Made by a program: the position numbers and the translations under genes
Shown here: positions 39,230 to 49,800 of the stretch, piece by piece
Layout of the letters: every line of letters begins with the position of its first letter
Numbering within the stretch: position 1 is the stretch's first letter
The notes under the pieces: model-generated
Seen by the model: only the letters and a program-made list of their open reading frames with translations
Databases searched by the model: none
Told to the model about the DNA's origin: nothing
NCBI GenBank assembly: GCA_963798845.1
Contig: CAWCUS010000006.1
Location: forward strand, 224,001 to 288,000
From: an uncultured Gemmatimonadales bacterium
Lineage (GTDB): Bacteria; Gemmatimonadota; Gemmatimonadetes; Longimicrobiales; RSA9
Length of the DNA: 64,000 nucleotides
Reading direction: 5' to 3'

Positions 39230-40647
39230 TACTCGCCCTCCTCGGTGCGGGCGCCGGGCGCCAGCAGCTCACCCGCGTCCCGGCGGACCCGGCCGCGCCC
39301 TCGGCGCCGGGGCGCCGGGAGCACTTCCTTGAGCTCCGCCACGGACACGGGCGGCAGCACGCGCATGAAGAGCAGGAACCACATGAAGAACCAGCCGAAG
39401 CTCCCCACCATGATCCCCATCTCGACCCAGCTGGGCTTGTACACGTTCCACTGCCACGGCTCGTACTCGTGGCCCAGGCTGGTCACGATGATCACGAAGC
39501 GCTCGAACCACATCCCGATGTTCACGAAGATGGTCAGGGTGAACAGCGCCGGGATGCTCGTCCGCACCTTCTTGAACCAGAGCACCTGCGGAATCACCGA
39601 GTTGCACAGCACCATGATGGACGCAGCCCACCAGTAGTTCGTGATCAGCCCGGCGATGATGTACTGACCCTCCTGGTGCGGAGGCTCTCCGCTGTACCAG
39701 ACCATGAACACTTCCGCCGCGTAGGCGTACGTGACGATCAGCCCCGTCAGCAGGATCAGCTTCGACATGGCGTCGAAGTGCTTGTCGGTGAAATAGTGCT
39801 CCAGGCCGAAGATCTTCCGGATCGGGATCAGCAGCGTGATCACCATGGCGATGCCGCTGAAGATGGCCCCAGCCACGAAGTAGGGCGCGAAGATCGTCGA
39901 GTGCCACCCGGGGACGATGCTCATGGCGAAGTCCCACGAAACGACGCTGTGCACCGAGAGCACCAGCGGCGTGGCGAGCGCGGCCAGGTACAGGTATGCG
40001 CGGTTGAAGTGCAGCCACTGCCGACCGCTCCCGTGCCAGCCGAAGCTCAGCGCCGTGTACAGCTTCTTCCGCCACGGCACCGTGGTCGAGTCCCGGGCCG
40101 CCGCGATGTCGGGAATCATCCCGATGAGGAAGAACGTGGCGCTCACAGTCAGGTACGTGCTGATCGCGAATACGTCCCAGACCAGCGGGCTGCGAAAGTT
40201 CGGCCAGATGGTGCGCTGGTTCGGGTACGGGATCAGCCAGTAGAAGACGAACGGTCGCCCCAGGTGGATGATGGGGAACAGCCCGGCCGTCATCACGGCG
40301 AATACCGTCATGGCCTCGGCCGCGCGATAGATCGACTGCCGCCAGCGCGCTCGGAACAGGAACAGGATCGCGGAGATGAGCGTCCCCGAGTGCGCGATGC
40401 CGACCCAGAAGACGAACGTGGTGATGTAGACCCCCCACCCGATGGGGTTCATCAGCCCGCTCATGCCGATCCCGAGATACAGCTGCGTGAAGAAGCTGAA
40501 CGCCAGCAGCCCCACCGCCGCGACAGCGAACGCCAGCAGGATGAAGTAGGTCCGCCCGGGACGGCTCAGGATCTTCAGGATGTCACGGTTGACGTCCGTA
40601 TAGCGCTCGACCCCGGGGTGGGTCTCGGAGCGAGTGACTTTCGGCAT
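39229..40647 (-). CDS. actC: alternative complex III subunit C (NrfD/PsrC quinol-binding)
   Basis: WGVYITTFVFWVGIAHSGTLISAIL, RAAEAMT, HLGRP, NFRSPLVWD, VHSVVSWDFA, GMWFERF. Confidence 0.93.
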   Translation of the reverse strand: MPKVTRSETHPGVERYTDVNRDILKILSRPGRTYFILLAFAVAAVGLLAFSFFTQLYLGIGMSGLMNPIGWGVYITTFVFWVGIAHSGTLISAILFLFRARWRQSIYRAAEAMTVFAVMTAGLFPIIHLGRPFVFYWLIPYPNQRTIWPNFRSPLVWDVFAISTYLTVSATFFLIGMIPDIAAARDSTTVPWRKKLYTALSFGWHGSGRQWLHFNRAYLYLAALATPLVLSVHSVVSWDFAMSIVPGWHSTIFAPYFVAGAIFSGIAMVITLLIPIRKIFGLEHYFTDKHFDAMSKLILLTGLIVTYAYAAEVFMVWYSGEPPHQEGQYIIAGLITNYWWAASIMVLCNSVIPQVLWFKKVRTSIPALFTLTIFVNIGMWFERFVIIVTSLGHEYEPWQWNVYKPSWVEMGIMVGSFGWFFMWFLLFMRVLPPVSVAELKEVLPAPRRRGRGRVRRDAGELLAPGARTEEGE

Positions 40648-43600
40648 CAGTCCTCCGCTCCTTCCACCGCGTCCTCCACAACGGGCTGCAGGTAGATGAT
40701 CGCCGATTGCGTGTTCAGCTCGTCGAACACGCGGAATCCGCGTCCGGACAGCGCCACCTGGACCACCCGTGAGCTCCGGTCCTTCATGTCGCCGAAGACA
40801 ATGGCGTTTCCCGGGCAGGTCTGGGCGCACGCCGGAACGATCTCGCCGTCGCGCACCACGCGGCCGTCCACCCTCGCCCTCCGCTCCGTCTCACGGATCC
40901 GCTGCACGCAGAACGTGCACTTCTCCATGATCCCCTTCTCCCGAACGGCCACGTCCGGGTTCAGCTGCCAGTTGAGCGGCTCCGGCCACTCGTAGCTGAA
41001 GAAGTTGAAGTAGCGGACCTTGTACGGGCAGTTGTTGGCGCAGTACCGCGTTCCCACGCAGCGGTTGTAGACCTGCCCGTTCAGCCCGTCCGGCGTGTGG
41101 TACGACGCGTACACCGGGCACACCGGCTCGCACGGCGCGTTGCCGCACTGCTGGCAGAGCATGGGGAGGAACTGGGTCCTCCGGGCGGCGCCGTCGTCGT
41201 CCAGCTCGAAGTACCGCTCGATCCGCATCCACTGGATCAGACGTCCCTGCGCCACCAGCTCCGGCCCTACCATCCCGATGTTGTTCTCCGCCTGGCACGC
41301 CGTCTGGCAGGCGCTGCACCCGATGCAACGCTCCAGGTCGATGGTCATGCCCCAGCGAGGCACGGCCTCCGTGTACTCGCCGTAGTGCGTGCCCGGCGGC
41401 GGGTAGTCCTGGGGCGCCGCTCCCATCGGCAGCGGCGCGAATCCGCCGGAGCCCTGGAGCTGGCGCACCTCTTCCTCGAGCGGGTGCGCGCGCCGGTGCT
41501 CGCGCGTCGACGTGATCCCCTCCCCTTGCCCCGGAGCGGCGACGCCCGCACCCGCGCCGGCTTCCGTCCGTTCGGCCGGCGCGACTTCGTGTCCTGCGGC
41601 TCCGGCGATGGCGCCGGCCGCCGCGACCCTCGCACCGTCCGCCGCCACGGCCTCCTCTACCGTCATCTTCTCCAGGACATCCCGGCCGCTCTCGGTCCGC
41701 TGCGTCGACGAGAACGGCTGCCGCTCCCATCGGCCTGTGGGCGTCACCGTGGCTCGCGCCTGGATCCAGGCCAGCGTCCCGGACCGCTCGTCGTATGTGG
41801 GTCCGAGGAGCCGGATCGGATTCACGCCCCGGTCTTTGGCGTAGCGCCCGAAGTGCTCGTGCCCCTGCCCGAGCTGGATCGCTACGGTGTCCTCGCGGAT
41901 CCCCGGGTGCCGCCACACCGGCAGCTCCGCGCTCCCGTTCGCCGTCTCCACGGTCACGATGTGACCGTCATCGAGACCCAGCTCGTCCGCGGCCCGCGGG
42001 TGGATCTCCAGCACCGACCCCCAGGTGTGCTTGGTGACCGGGTCCGGCAGCTCCTGCAGCCACGGCCGGTTGGCCAGACGCCCGTCGTAGAAGCGGTAGG
42101 AGGGATAGACGACGAGCGCGAAGTCCCCCTCACCCGCCAGCGGCACCGCTTCGGTCCGCAGCCCCGCCATGCTACCCGGGATGCTCGCCTGGGTCGCCGC
42201 CGGAGACGCGTACTCCGACGTCACCACCACGCCGTCGCCGAGCGCCTTCGTCCACCAGTCGTCGAAGCCGCCGGGGCCCCCGGTGCGGACCTGCAGCCCG
42301 TGCCATCGCTCGCGCAGGTAGTCGTAGTAGGTGGTCGCCCGGGTAGTCAGCGGCGGGCCCGCACGCCGGGCCACGGAAAGCAGCACGTCCCCGGTCTGCT
42401 TCGTATCGAAGACCGGCGTCATGACCGGCTGGATCAGCGAGTGCACGCCCGGCCGCGGCTCGTAATCGCCCCACGCTTCGAGAAAATGGTGATCCGGAAG
42501 GACCACGTGGGCCCGCGCCGCCGTGTCGTCCAGCCACGGAGAGAACGATGCCAGCAGCGGGACCTGCGACAGCGCCGCTTCCACCCGCTCACGGTCCGGC
42601 AGGTCGTAGAGCGGGTTGGGGCCGTGCACCAGCAGGATCGACACCCGCCCGGCGGCCATCTCCTCCACCAGCCCGGCCAGGTCCCGATGCGACGCCACTC
42701 CGGCCTGCCCCGGGCCGAGGCGGACCGTTCGACCCACGTTGCCGGCTGCTTCGTTCAGCGCCGCCACCGCAGCCGCGAGCGTCGTGGCCGCCTCGCCCGT
42801 CGTCCCCACGCCGGGGCCGACGGCCAGCGACCGGCCCCCGTTCGCGAACGCCGCAGCGGCCGCCTCGATCCGCTCCAGCGGGACACCCGCCGCTTCCGCC
42901 GCTCGCGCCGGATCCACCCCGCCGAGCATGCCGCCCGCGCCGCCACCCGTGCGGCCCGCCACCAGCCGCGCCATCGCCAGCGCCACCAGGTGCTCCGTCC
43001 CGGCACGCGCCGGCAGCCATTCGTCCGCGTTGAGGTCCGTGAGCGCCTGGTGCGGCGTCACCGAGATCAGTCGTCCGCGCCGGCCGTTGGCGTAGGCGTG
43101 GCTCTCCACCCACCCCCGCGAGTAGTCCACCGGTGAGAGCCACGTCTCCAGGAAGTCGGCACCGAACGTCACCACGACATCCGCCCGCGAGAAGTCGTGG
43201 ATCGGGAGCGCGTCCTCCCCGTAGAGCGCCTGGTACGCCGCCCGGATCGGGCCGTGGGAGAACGCGTCGAACTTCACGCGCCGCACGCCCATCGCCCCGC
43301 ACCACTCGTCCAGGAGCGCGTCCATGCTCCCGGGCTCGGGCCGGGTCAGGAACACCGCCTCGCCCGCGGCCTCCTGGAGCGCATCGGCGAGCGACTGCTC
43401 GGCCCGGTCCCAGCTCACCCGCGTCCAGCGGTCCGCATCCCGGATCAGTGCCTGCGGCACCCGGTCCGGGTCGTACAGGCCGTGCAGCGACGCCTGTCCC
43501 CTCGAACACAGCTTGCCGTGCGAGATCGGCGACGCCGGGCTCCCTTCCGCCTTCACCGCCCGCCCCTCGCGCGTGCGCACCGTCATCCCGCACCCGGCCG

Positions 43601-43871
43601 GACACTCGCGGCACGTGGTCCGATACCACGTCGACATCCCCGGGACCACGTCCTCCTGCTGGATCACGTACGGCAGGAGCCGGTCCGGCGCGTCCGAGCA
43701 GCCCGTCAGCGCGGCGCCCGCGCTCGCCACGCCGAGCACCTTGAGGAAGTCCCGCCGCTCCATGCCCGCCTCGCGCACCGCGGCCGCCCCCGCTTCGGTC
43801 ATCGAAGGCAAATCGCCCCCACTTCCATTCGTCACGTCTGTCTGTCTGCTGCGGTCGAGTTTGGAGCGCAT
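40647..43871 (-). CDS. actB: alternative complex III subunit B (molybdopterin-oxidoreductase-like domain fused to Fe-S domain); start uncertain
   Basis: Tat RRDFLK plus lipobox LTGC; NRPWLQELPDPVTK; Fe-S motifs CIGCSACQTAC, CQQCGNAPCEPVCP, CVGTRYCANNCP, KCTFC..CAQTCP. Confidence 0.92.
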   Translation of the reverse strand: MRSKLDRSRQTDVTNGSGGDLPSMTEAGAAAVREAGMERRDFLKVLGVASAGAALTGCSDAPDRLLPYVIQQEDVVPGMSTWYRTTCRECPAGCGMTVRTREGRAVKAEGSPASPISHGKLCSRGQASLHGLYDPDRVPQALIRDADRWTRVSWDRAEQSLADALQEAAGEAVFLTRPEPGSMDALLDEWCGAMGVRRVKFDAFSHGPIRAAYQALYGEDALPIHDFSRADVVVTFGADFLETWLSPVDYSRGWVESHAYANGRRGRLISVTPHQALTDLNADEWLPARAGTEHLVALAMARLVAGRTGGGAGGMLGGVDPARAAEAAGVPLERIEAAAAAFANGGRSLAVGPGVGTTGEAATTLAAAVAALNEAAGNVGRTVRLGPGQAGVASHRDLAGLVEEMAAGRVSILLVHGPNPLYDLPDRERVEAALSQVPLLASFSPWLDDTAARAHVVLPDHHFLEAWGDYEPRPGVHSLIQPVMTPVFDTKQTGDVLLSVARRAGPPLTTRATTYYDYLRERWHGLQVRTGGPGGFDDWWTKALGDGVVVTSEYASPAATQASIPGSMAGLRTEAVPLAGEGDFALVVYPSYRFYDGRLANRPWLQELPDPVTKHTWGSVLEIHPRAADELGLDDGHIVTVETANGSAELPVWRHPGIREDTVAIQLGQGHEHFGRYAKDRGVNPIRLLGPTYDERSGTLAWIQARATVTPTGRWERQPFSSTQRTESGRDVLEKMTVEEAVAADGARVAAAGAIAGAAGHEVAPAERTEAGAGAGVAAPGQGEGITSTREHRRAHPLEEEVRQLQGSGGFAPLPMGAAPQDYPPPGTHYGEYTEAVPRWGMTIDLERCIGCSACQTACQAENNIGMVGPELVAQGRLIQWMRIERYFELDDDGAARRTQFLPMLCQQCGNAPCEPVCPVYASYHTPDGLNGQVYNRCVGTRYCANNCPYKVRYFNFFSYEWPEPLNWQLNPDVAVREKGIMEKCTFCVQRIRETERRARVDGRVVRDGEIVPACAQTCPGNAIVFGDMKDRSSRVVQVALSGRGFRVFDELNTQSAIIYLQPVVEDAVEGAED

Positions 43872-43878
43872 CGGGGCG

Positions 43879-44397
43879 TCAGTAGTGGCAGACGAAGCAA
43901 TCCGTGCGCACCCCCCGCTCCCGATGGCACTTCAGACACCACCCCATCCGCAGATCCTGCTGCTTCACGATCGTCGTCATCGCCTGGACCTGACCATGGC
44001 AGTCCTGGCACTCCAGGCTGTCCGCGTTCACGTGCACGTAGTGCGGAAAATGCACGTGGTCCGGAAGATCGTGGATCCGCACCCACGGAATGGGCTTCTT
44101 CGCGTTCCAGTACGCCGTCAGGATACGCACGCCCGGACTGTCCGCGGCAACCATCGGTACGCCGCCGGGGATGTGACACCCGGCGCACACCGACACCGGC
44201 GGTATTCCCGCGTCCACCGAGCGGTCCGCCGAGAAGTGGCAGTAAAGGCAGGGTATGTTGTTCTGGCCCGAGTGGATGTCGTGCGGGAACGGGATCGGCT
44301 GCTGAGCCTCATCGCCTCCCGTGAATGCCACGCCCGCCACCGCTCCGGCCGCAAGCAGCACCACGATCCCGACAGCTATGAGCGTCCCTCGTCCCAT
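43879..44397 (-). CDS. actA: alternative complex III pentaheme cytochrome c
   Basis: N-terminal TM; QPIPFPHDIH; five CxxCH (CLYCH, CAGCH, CQDCH, CLKCH, CFVCH); LPDHVHFPH. Confidence 0.93.
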   Translation of the reverse strand: MGRGTLIAVGIVVLLAAGAVAGVAFTGGDEAQQPIPFPHDIHSGQNNIPCLYCHFSADRSVDAGIPPVSVCAGCHIPGGVPMVAADSPGVRILTAYWNAKKPIPWVRIHDLPDHVHFPHYVHVNADSLECQDCHGQVQAMTTIVKQQDLRMGWCLKCHRERGVRTDCFVCHY

Positions 44398-44639
44398 CCA
44401 CGATCCCCGTGAGGCGGCCCGATGTAGTAGGCCCGATTACAGCCTGCCGGCAATTTCCCCACCGGCTGGAGAGGCGGCAATATTGACACCGTGTTTTCCC
44501 CCACGCAACCCCGCTCCCCACCCGACACAACCGCTCTGCGAACTCTGCTGTCACGCCGCGCCAGCCCGACGCGTTAGATTCAAGGGCGACGGCACGCCGC
44601 CCCGGCTGGAAGAGAATCTCCCCCGCGTCTGGAGGCATC

Positions 44640-45131
44640 ATGGCAGGATCGACGGTCCGTGCTTCGCCCCACCGTCCCCGCTTGCGCACGGCGGCTGCGC
44701 CGCTGTGCGTGGTCCTGGCGATCGGTGCGAGCGCGTGCGGTGGATCGTGGCACGCCACCCCCGCCGCGGAGCTGGAGGGGAACGGGATCACGAACTCGGG
44801 CGGCGCCACCGTGATCACGGCGGAGGAGCTCCATACCGCGAGCGGGTCGGTCCTGCGGGCGCTGATGGGCAAGGTCCCGAACATGAAGGTGGAGTTCATC
44901 GGCACGGACCGGTGTCCGGCGATTGCGCTCCGCCGCGCGAAGGACTTTCACGGCTTCAACTTCCCCGACGTCTACCTCGACGGCACGCGGGCGACGAACA
45001 CGTGCATTCTCGACAATCTCCCTGCGGCCGAGCTGGACCGGGTGGAGATCTATCCCCAGGGCTTCACGGTCCGCCCCGGTTACGGGACGAGCACGCACGG
45101 GCTGATTCTCCTTTTCAGTCGGACAGCGTAG
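44640..45131 (+). CDS. lipoprotein consisting of a stand-alone TonB-dependent receptor plug-like domain
   Basis: Lipobox ASAC; VITAEEL..LMGKVP..IALR..PDVYLDG..LDRVEIY..YG..GLILLFS; no beta-barrel follows. Confidence 0.7.
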   Translation: MAGSTVRASPHRPRLRTAAAPLCVVLAIGASACGGSWHATPAAELEGNGITNSGGATVITAEELHTASGSVLRALMGKVPNMKVEFIGTDRCPAIALRRAKDFHGFNFPDVYLDGTRATNTCILDNLPAAELDRVEIYPQGFTVRPGYGTSTHGLILLFSRTA

Positions 45132-45173
45132 CGGGCGCGAGAACGCGCCGCACCCTCTTCCCGAGAAACCGAA

Positions 45174-45204
45174 ACCGCCCCCCGGCGCATGGCCAGGGGG
45201 CGGT
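45174..45204. terminator. hairpin between the convergent plug-lipoprotein and susD genes
   Basis: ACCGCCCCC..GGC-GCATG-GCC..GGGGGCGGT. Confidence 0.5.
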
Positions 45205-45232
45205 CGATCAGCGGATCAGCGCTGCCCGAACG

Positions 45233-46870
45233 TCAGCAGCCGCCTCCCGGGTAGGGCGACGGATCCCACCAGACGGTCCCGCAATAATTCCCGTCGGTGT
45301 TCTGCTCGGAGATCGCCGCCTGGAGGTTGCCGTTGTTGAGCGACTGTTCCAGGCTGGGATACGGAATCCGACCAGGGATGAACTGGATCGTAGCATCCTC
45401 GGAAGGAACGATCTCGTCGGGGTAGCCGGTCCTCCGGTACTCGGAGTAGGCCTCCCACGGCATGGTGTAAAGCGCCAGCCACTTCTGGTCGATGATCTTC
45501 TCCAGGTCCGTGGTGGCGTTGCCCGTCAGGGCTACTGTCGGCTGCGCCAGGTAGGCGTCCTGGACGGCCGTGCCCAGGTCCACCGGTGCGTCCGTGGAGG
45601 CGACGGTGACGCCGTTCCACAGCTCGAACGCCTGGCGGATCCCCGCCTCGTAGTAGTCGGCCGCGCTGCCGCCGACGCTCCACCCGTTGAGGGCGGCCTC
45701 GGCCAGCAGGAAATTGACTTCCGCCGCGGTCATGATGTACTGCGGCGTGGCCGGGTCGGCTCGGAAGTGCCGACCGATCCGGGAGATGAGCGACAGCTTG
45801 GGCACGCTCCCGTTGGCGATGCCGTTCCGCTCACCGCGATACACGAACCCGTTGTACGTGACCTGGCAGGGCAGCTGCCCCGCGCCACCGCACCACGAAG
45901 CCGTGAAATCGGTGGTCTGGTCGGACGCCGGATTGGCGTACACCTCGATGCGCGGATCGTTGTACATGTCGAGGATGCCCACCAGCGTGTTGCTGACCGC
46001 GTGGTCATCCCGCGACCCACCGCCGCCCAGCGAGCCGGCAGCGTTCTCGTAGTAAGGGTTCTGATAAGGAGGCGAAGCCTGGTACACCAGCCCCGCGTTG
46101 TCATCGTTCGTGAGGATCAGCGGCTGACTGGCCACCGCCTCGACGATGCTGCGCGCGCCCGCCGGGTCCACGTCCGACATCCGCATGGCGAGCCGGAGCC
46201 GGAGCGAGTTCGCGAACTTGATCCACTGGCTCATGTCGCCGCCGTAGAACAGGTCCGCGTCCGAGAACGACCCGGCGCCCGGATTCATCATCCCGACCGC
46301 CGTCTGCAGCTCGTTCAGCAGCTGCCCGTACAGCTCCTGCTGCGGGTCGTACACCGGCGTCGTGATCGGCTCCTCCGCATCCGCCTGAAGCGCTTGCGAG
46401 TAGGGGATGTCCCCGTACAGGTCGGTCAGGATCGAAGCCGTGTACGCCTTCCCGACCATGCCCATGGCTGACTGATTGTCGCCCTTGGCCTGGTCGCCTT
46501 CCTCGGCGGTCTGCTGTCCCTTCTTGATGACCACCGCCCAGTCCTTCAGCGGACCGGCGTACACCCCGTTCCAGAGGTTGTTGATGATGGCATCACGCAG
46601 CTCGTACTGGTCCTCTTCCGTGTACTGGATCTTTGCCCAGTGCTGCACGAAGATGCCGGTCATCTCCAGCGTGATCCAGGTGTTCTGGCCCCCGAACTCC
46701 ACCGTCTGCTGGATCGCGTTCGGCAGCAGGTACTGCGCCGGCACGTCCGTCGGTGCGTTCGGGTTGTCGTTGACGTCCGCCAGCCCCTTGTCGCAGGCGC
46801 CCGTGCTGAGCGCCACGCCAAGGATCGCTGCGGCCGTTATCGTATACCGTTTCATGTTCATCCTCGTCAT
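45233..46870 (-). CDS. SusD/RagB family outer-membrane nutrient-binding lipoprotein
   Basis: Lipobox TGAC; NDNPNAP; LTDLYGDIPYSQAL, WIKFANSLRLRLAMR, QKWLALY..EAYSEYRRTGYP. Confidence 0.93.
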   Translation of the reverse strand: MTRMNMKRYTITAAAILGVALSTGACDKGLADVNDNPNAPTDVPAQYLLPNAIQQTVEFGGQNTWITLEMTGIFVQHWAKIQYTEEDQYELRDAIINNLWNGVYAGPLKDWAVVIKKGQQTAEEGDQAKGDNQSAMGMVGKAYTASILTDLYGDIPYSQALQADAEEPITTPVYDPQQELYGQLLNELQTAVGMMNPGAGSFSDADLFYGGDMSQWIKFANSLRLRLAMRMSDVDPAGARSIVEAVASQPLILTNDDNAGLVYQASPPYQNPYYENAAGSLGGGGSRDDHAVSNTLVGILDMYNDPRIEVYANPASDQTTDFTASWCGGAGQLPCQVTYNGFVYRGERNGIANGSVPKLSLISRIGRHFRADPATPQYIMTAAEVNFLLAEAALNGWSVGGSAADYYEAGIRQAFELWNGVTVASTDAPVDLGTAVQDAYLAQPTVALTGNATTDLEKIIDQKWLALYTMPWEAYSEYRRTGYPDEIVPSEDATIQFIPGRIPYPSLEQSLNNGNLQAAISEQNTDGNYCGTVWWDPSPYPGGGC

Positions 46871-46879
46871 CGGGTGCCG

Positions 46880-49800
46880 TTACGGCCGCACGGTCACGGT
46901 GAAGCCGATGCTCCGAGCCGTTGGGAACTGACCGAACTCGAGGCCCTGGACGTTGCCCGCGCTGAACGCGGTCTCCGGGTCGATGTTCGGCATGTCCGTC
47001 CACAGCGCCAGGTTTCGGCCGATCAGGGCGATGTCCGCCGAGCCGAAGCCCAGCTTGGTCACCCACGAATTCGGCAGCCGGACGCCCAGCTTCAGCTCGC
47101 GCAGCTTGACGTAGCTGGCGTCGTGGATATAAGGCTCATGGCCCGGATACGACCCCTCGAAGTAGTCCTGCGGGCACGCGGCCACCGCGTTTGCACCCGA
47201 GTTGTCCACCAGGTTGCCGTTCGCGTCGTAGTACGCCGAGTGGGGTACGACGATGCCCGGATCACACGGGCCGTTCTCACGTCCCAGGAGCGAGCCCTCG
47301 AGCACACCCGAGTACTCGCCGAACATGTTCGTCACGCTGTACACGTCACCGCCGTGCTGCATGTCGAACAGGACGCTGAGGTCGAAGCTCTTGTACGTGA
47401 ACCGGTTCAGCAGGCCGCCCGTCCAGTCCGGGTTGTAGTTGCCCAGCACCCGACGGTGCGCCGCGTCCTGCAGCGGCACGCCGCTCCCCGCGCTGACGAT
47501 CACACGTCCCTCGGGGTCGCCCACGCCGTCACCATCCAGGTCCTCGCGCAGCAGCGGAGTCCCGAACAGCGCACCGTACGGCTCGCCTTTCCGTGCCTCG
47601 ACGTTGAGCCCCCAGTACGTCCCGAGAACCAGCGTCTGCAGGTCGCCGTACAGGTCCACGACCTCGGAGTTGTTCTTGGCCCAGTTCACGGTCATGTCCC
47701 AGCGGAGCCCGTTCGGCTGCTTCACCGGCGTGAGGTTGGCCAGCAGCTCGTAGCCCCAGTTCCGGACCTCACCGGCGTTCAGCACCTGGTTGCGGTAGCC
47801 GCTCGTCGCCGAGATCTGGACCGGCATGATCTGGTTGATGGTCGTGTTGTCGTAGTACGTCAGCACGAAACCGACGCGCTCGTTGAGGAACCCGAGGTCC
47901 GTCCCCACCTCCCAAGCCGTGGTCTCCTCGGGCTTCAGCGTGGCGTTCGGCAGCGTGTTCGGCACCGAGAACAGCGGCAGGCCCCCGAACGGGTCGTTCG
48001 AGGTGAACGTGGCCAGCAGCTGGTACGGATCGGCGTCGTTGCCCACCCGCGTCCAGCTCGCCCGCAGCTTCCCGGAGGACAGCAGGCTGCTCTCGATCCC
48101 GAACGCGTCCGTGAAGACGAATGCGCCGGAAACCGACGGGTAGAAGTACGAGTTGTTGGCTTCCGGCAGCGTGCTCGACCAGTCGTTCCGGCCGGTCACG
48201 TCCAGGTTCAGGTAGTTCCGGAAGTTCAGCGTGGCCGCGCCGTAGAGGCTGTTGACCCGCTTCTTCTGGATGACGTCGTTCGTGCTCGGCGTGACGCCGG
48301 CATTGTCGAGCGTGTAGATGCCGGGGACCACCAGCTCCGACGCGCCATAGTTGGACAGGTGATACTCCTGATCCCGGCGGTTGCCGCCTGCGTTCACCGT
48401 CAGCGACAGGTCCGACGTGAGGTTCCGCGTGCCGGTGACCAGGAAGTCCGTGTTCGTCTCACGGTTGAAGATCTCGTCGTGCGCGAAGGCGCCACGCGGG
48501 TTCTCGCCGCCGTACGTGCCCCACGCGTAGTTGCGCTGACGGGACTCCTGGTACCAGTCCGTGCCGGAGCGCACCGTTGCGGTGAGCCAGTCCGTGAAGT
48601 CGTAGCTCAGCAGCGCGTGCCCGAGCACGTGGTCCGTCACGGCGTCGTTCGTGTTCTCGTACGCCTCGACATACGGATTGTCGTGGTACGAGTAGTTCCA
48701 GTTGTAGTAGTCGTTGCCCAGCACGCAGCCGGGACGCGTATCGCCCGCCACGCACTTGTAGTTGGACAGGGAGGCCACGTCGACCTGCCGACCGAACCAG
48801 ATGAACTGCTGCATCACGTTCGTGCCGGTGTAGCCCGTCGCTGGCAGGTTCGCCACGTCGTTCTTCATGTAGTCGATGGCACCCTCGGCCCGCATCCGGT
48901 CGGTGACATCCAGCCCGCCGGCCAGTGAGGCGCCGAGCCGATTGATCTCGTTGTTCGGGTACATGCCGTTCTGCTGCATGTTGGTCACGGATAGACGCAC
49001 GTTGCTCCGCTCGTCGCTGCGCGCGATCGCCACGTTCGTGTTCACCGTCACACCCGTCTCGAAGAAGTCACGGACGTTGTTCGGGTGCGGGCACCACGGC
49101 TGGTTCTTCCCGCTGAACTGGTCCACCAGCGTGTCACAGCTCAGCGCCGGGCCCCAGCTCTCGTCCATGCCGTCCGCCACGCCGCCCCAGTTGCCGTCCA
49201 CCCATTCGAACTGGCCGCTCGAGCCCTGGCCGTACTTGTTCTGGTAGTCCGGCAGGCGCAGCGGCGTGTCGAACATGGTCGACACGGTGGCGCTGATCCC
49301 GAGACCGGCACCGTGATAGCCCTTCTTCGTCGTGATGACCACGGCGCCGTTCGCGGCCCGCGAGCCATAGAGCGCAGCGGCGTTCGGGCCCTTCAGCACC
49401 GAGATCGACTCGATGTTGTTCGGATCGAGGTCGCCCGCACGGTTGGCGTAATTGTAGCCGCCACCCGTCGCGTTGCTGCTGCCGTTGTTCGAACTCGAGC
49501 TGTTGTCGATCGGGATGCCATCGACCACGAACAGCGGCTGGTTGTTGCCGTTGATCGAGCTCGCGCCGCGGATCACGATGCGCGACGCGCCGCCCGGGCC
49601 GGCCGTGTTCGTGATGTGCACCCCCGCCACGTTGCCGTGCAGGGCGTCCACCACGTTCAGCTTCGGCACTTCCGAAATCTGCTCCGCGCTCACGTCCTGC
49701 ACGGAGTAGCCGAGGCTGCGCTTCTCGCGCTGAATCCCCAGCGCCGTCACCGTGATGCCTTCGAGGCCGATCGCTTCACGGCTCATCGTCACGTTGACCA

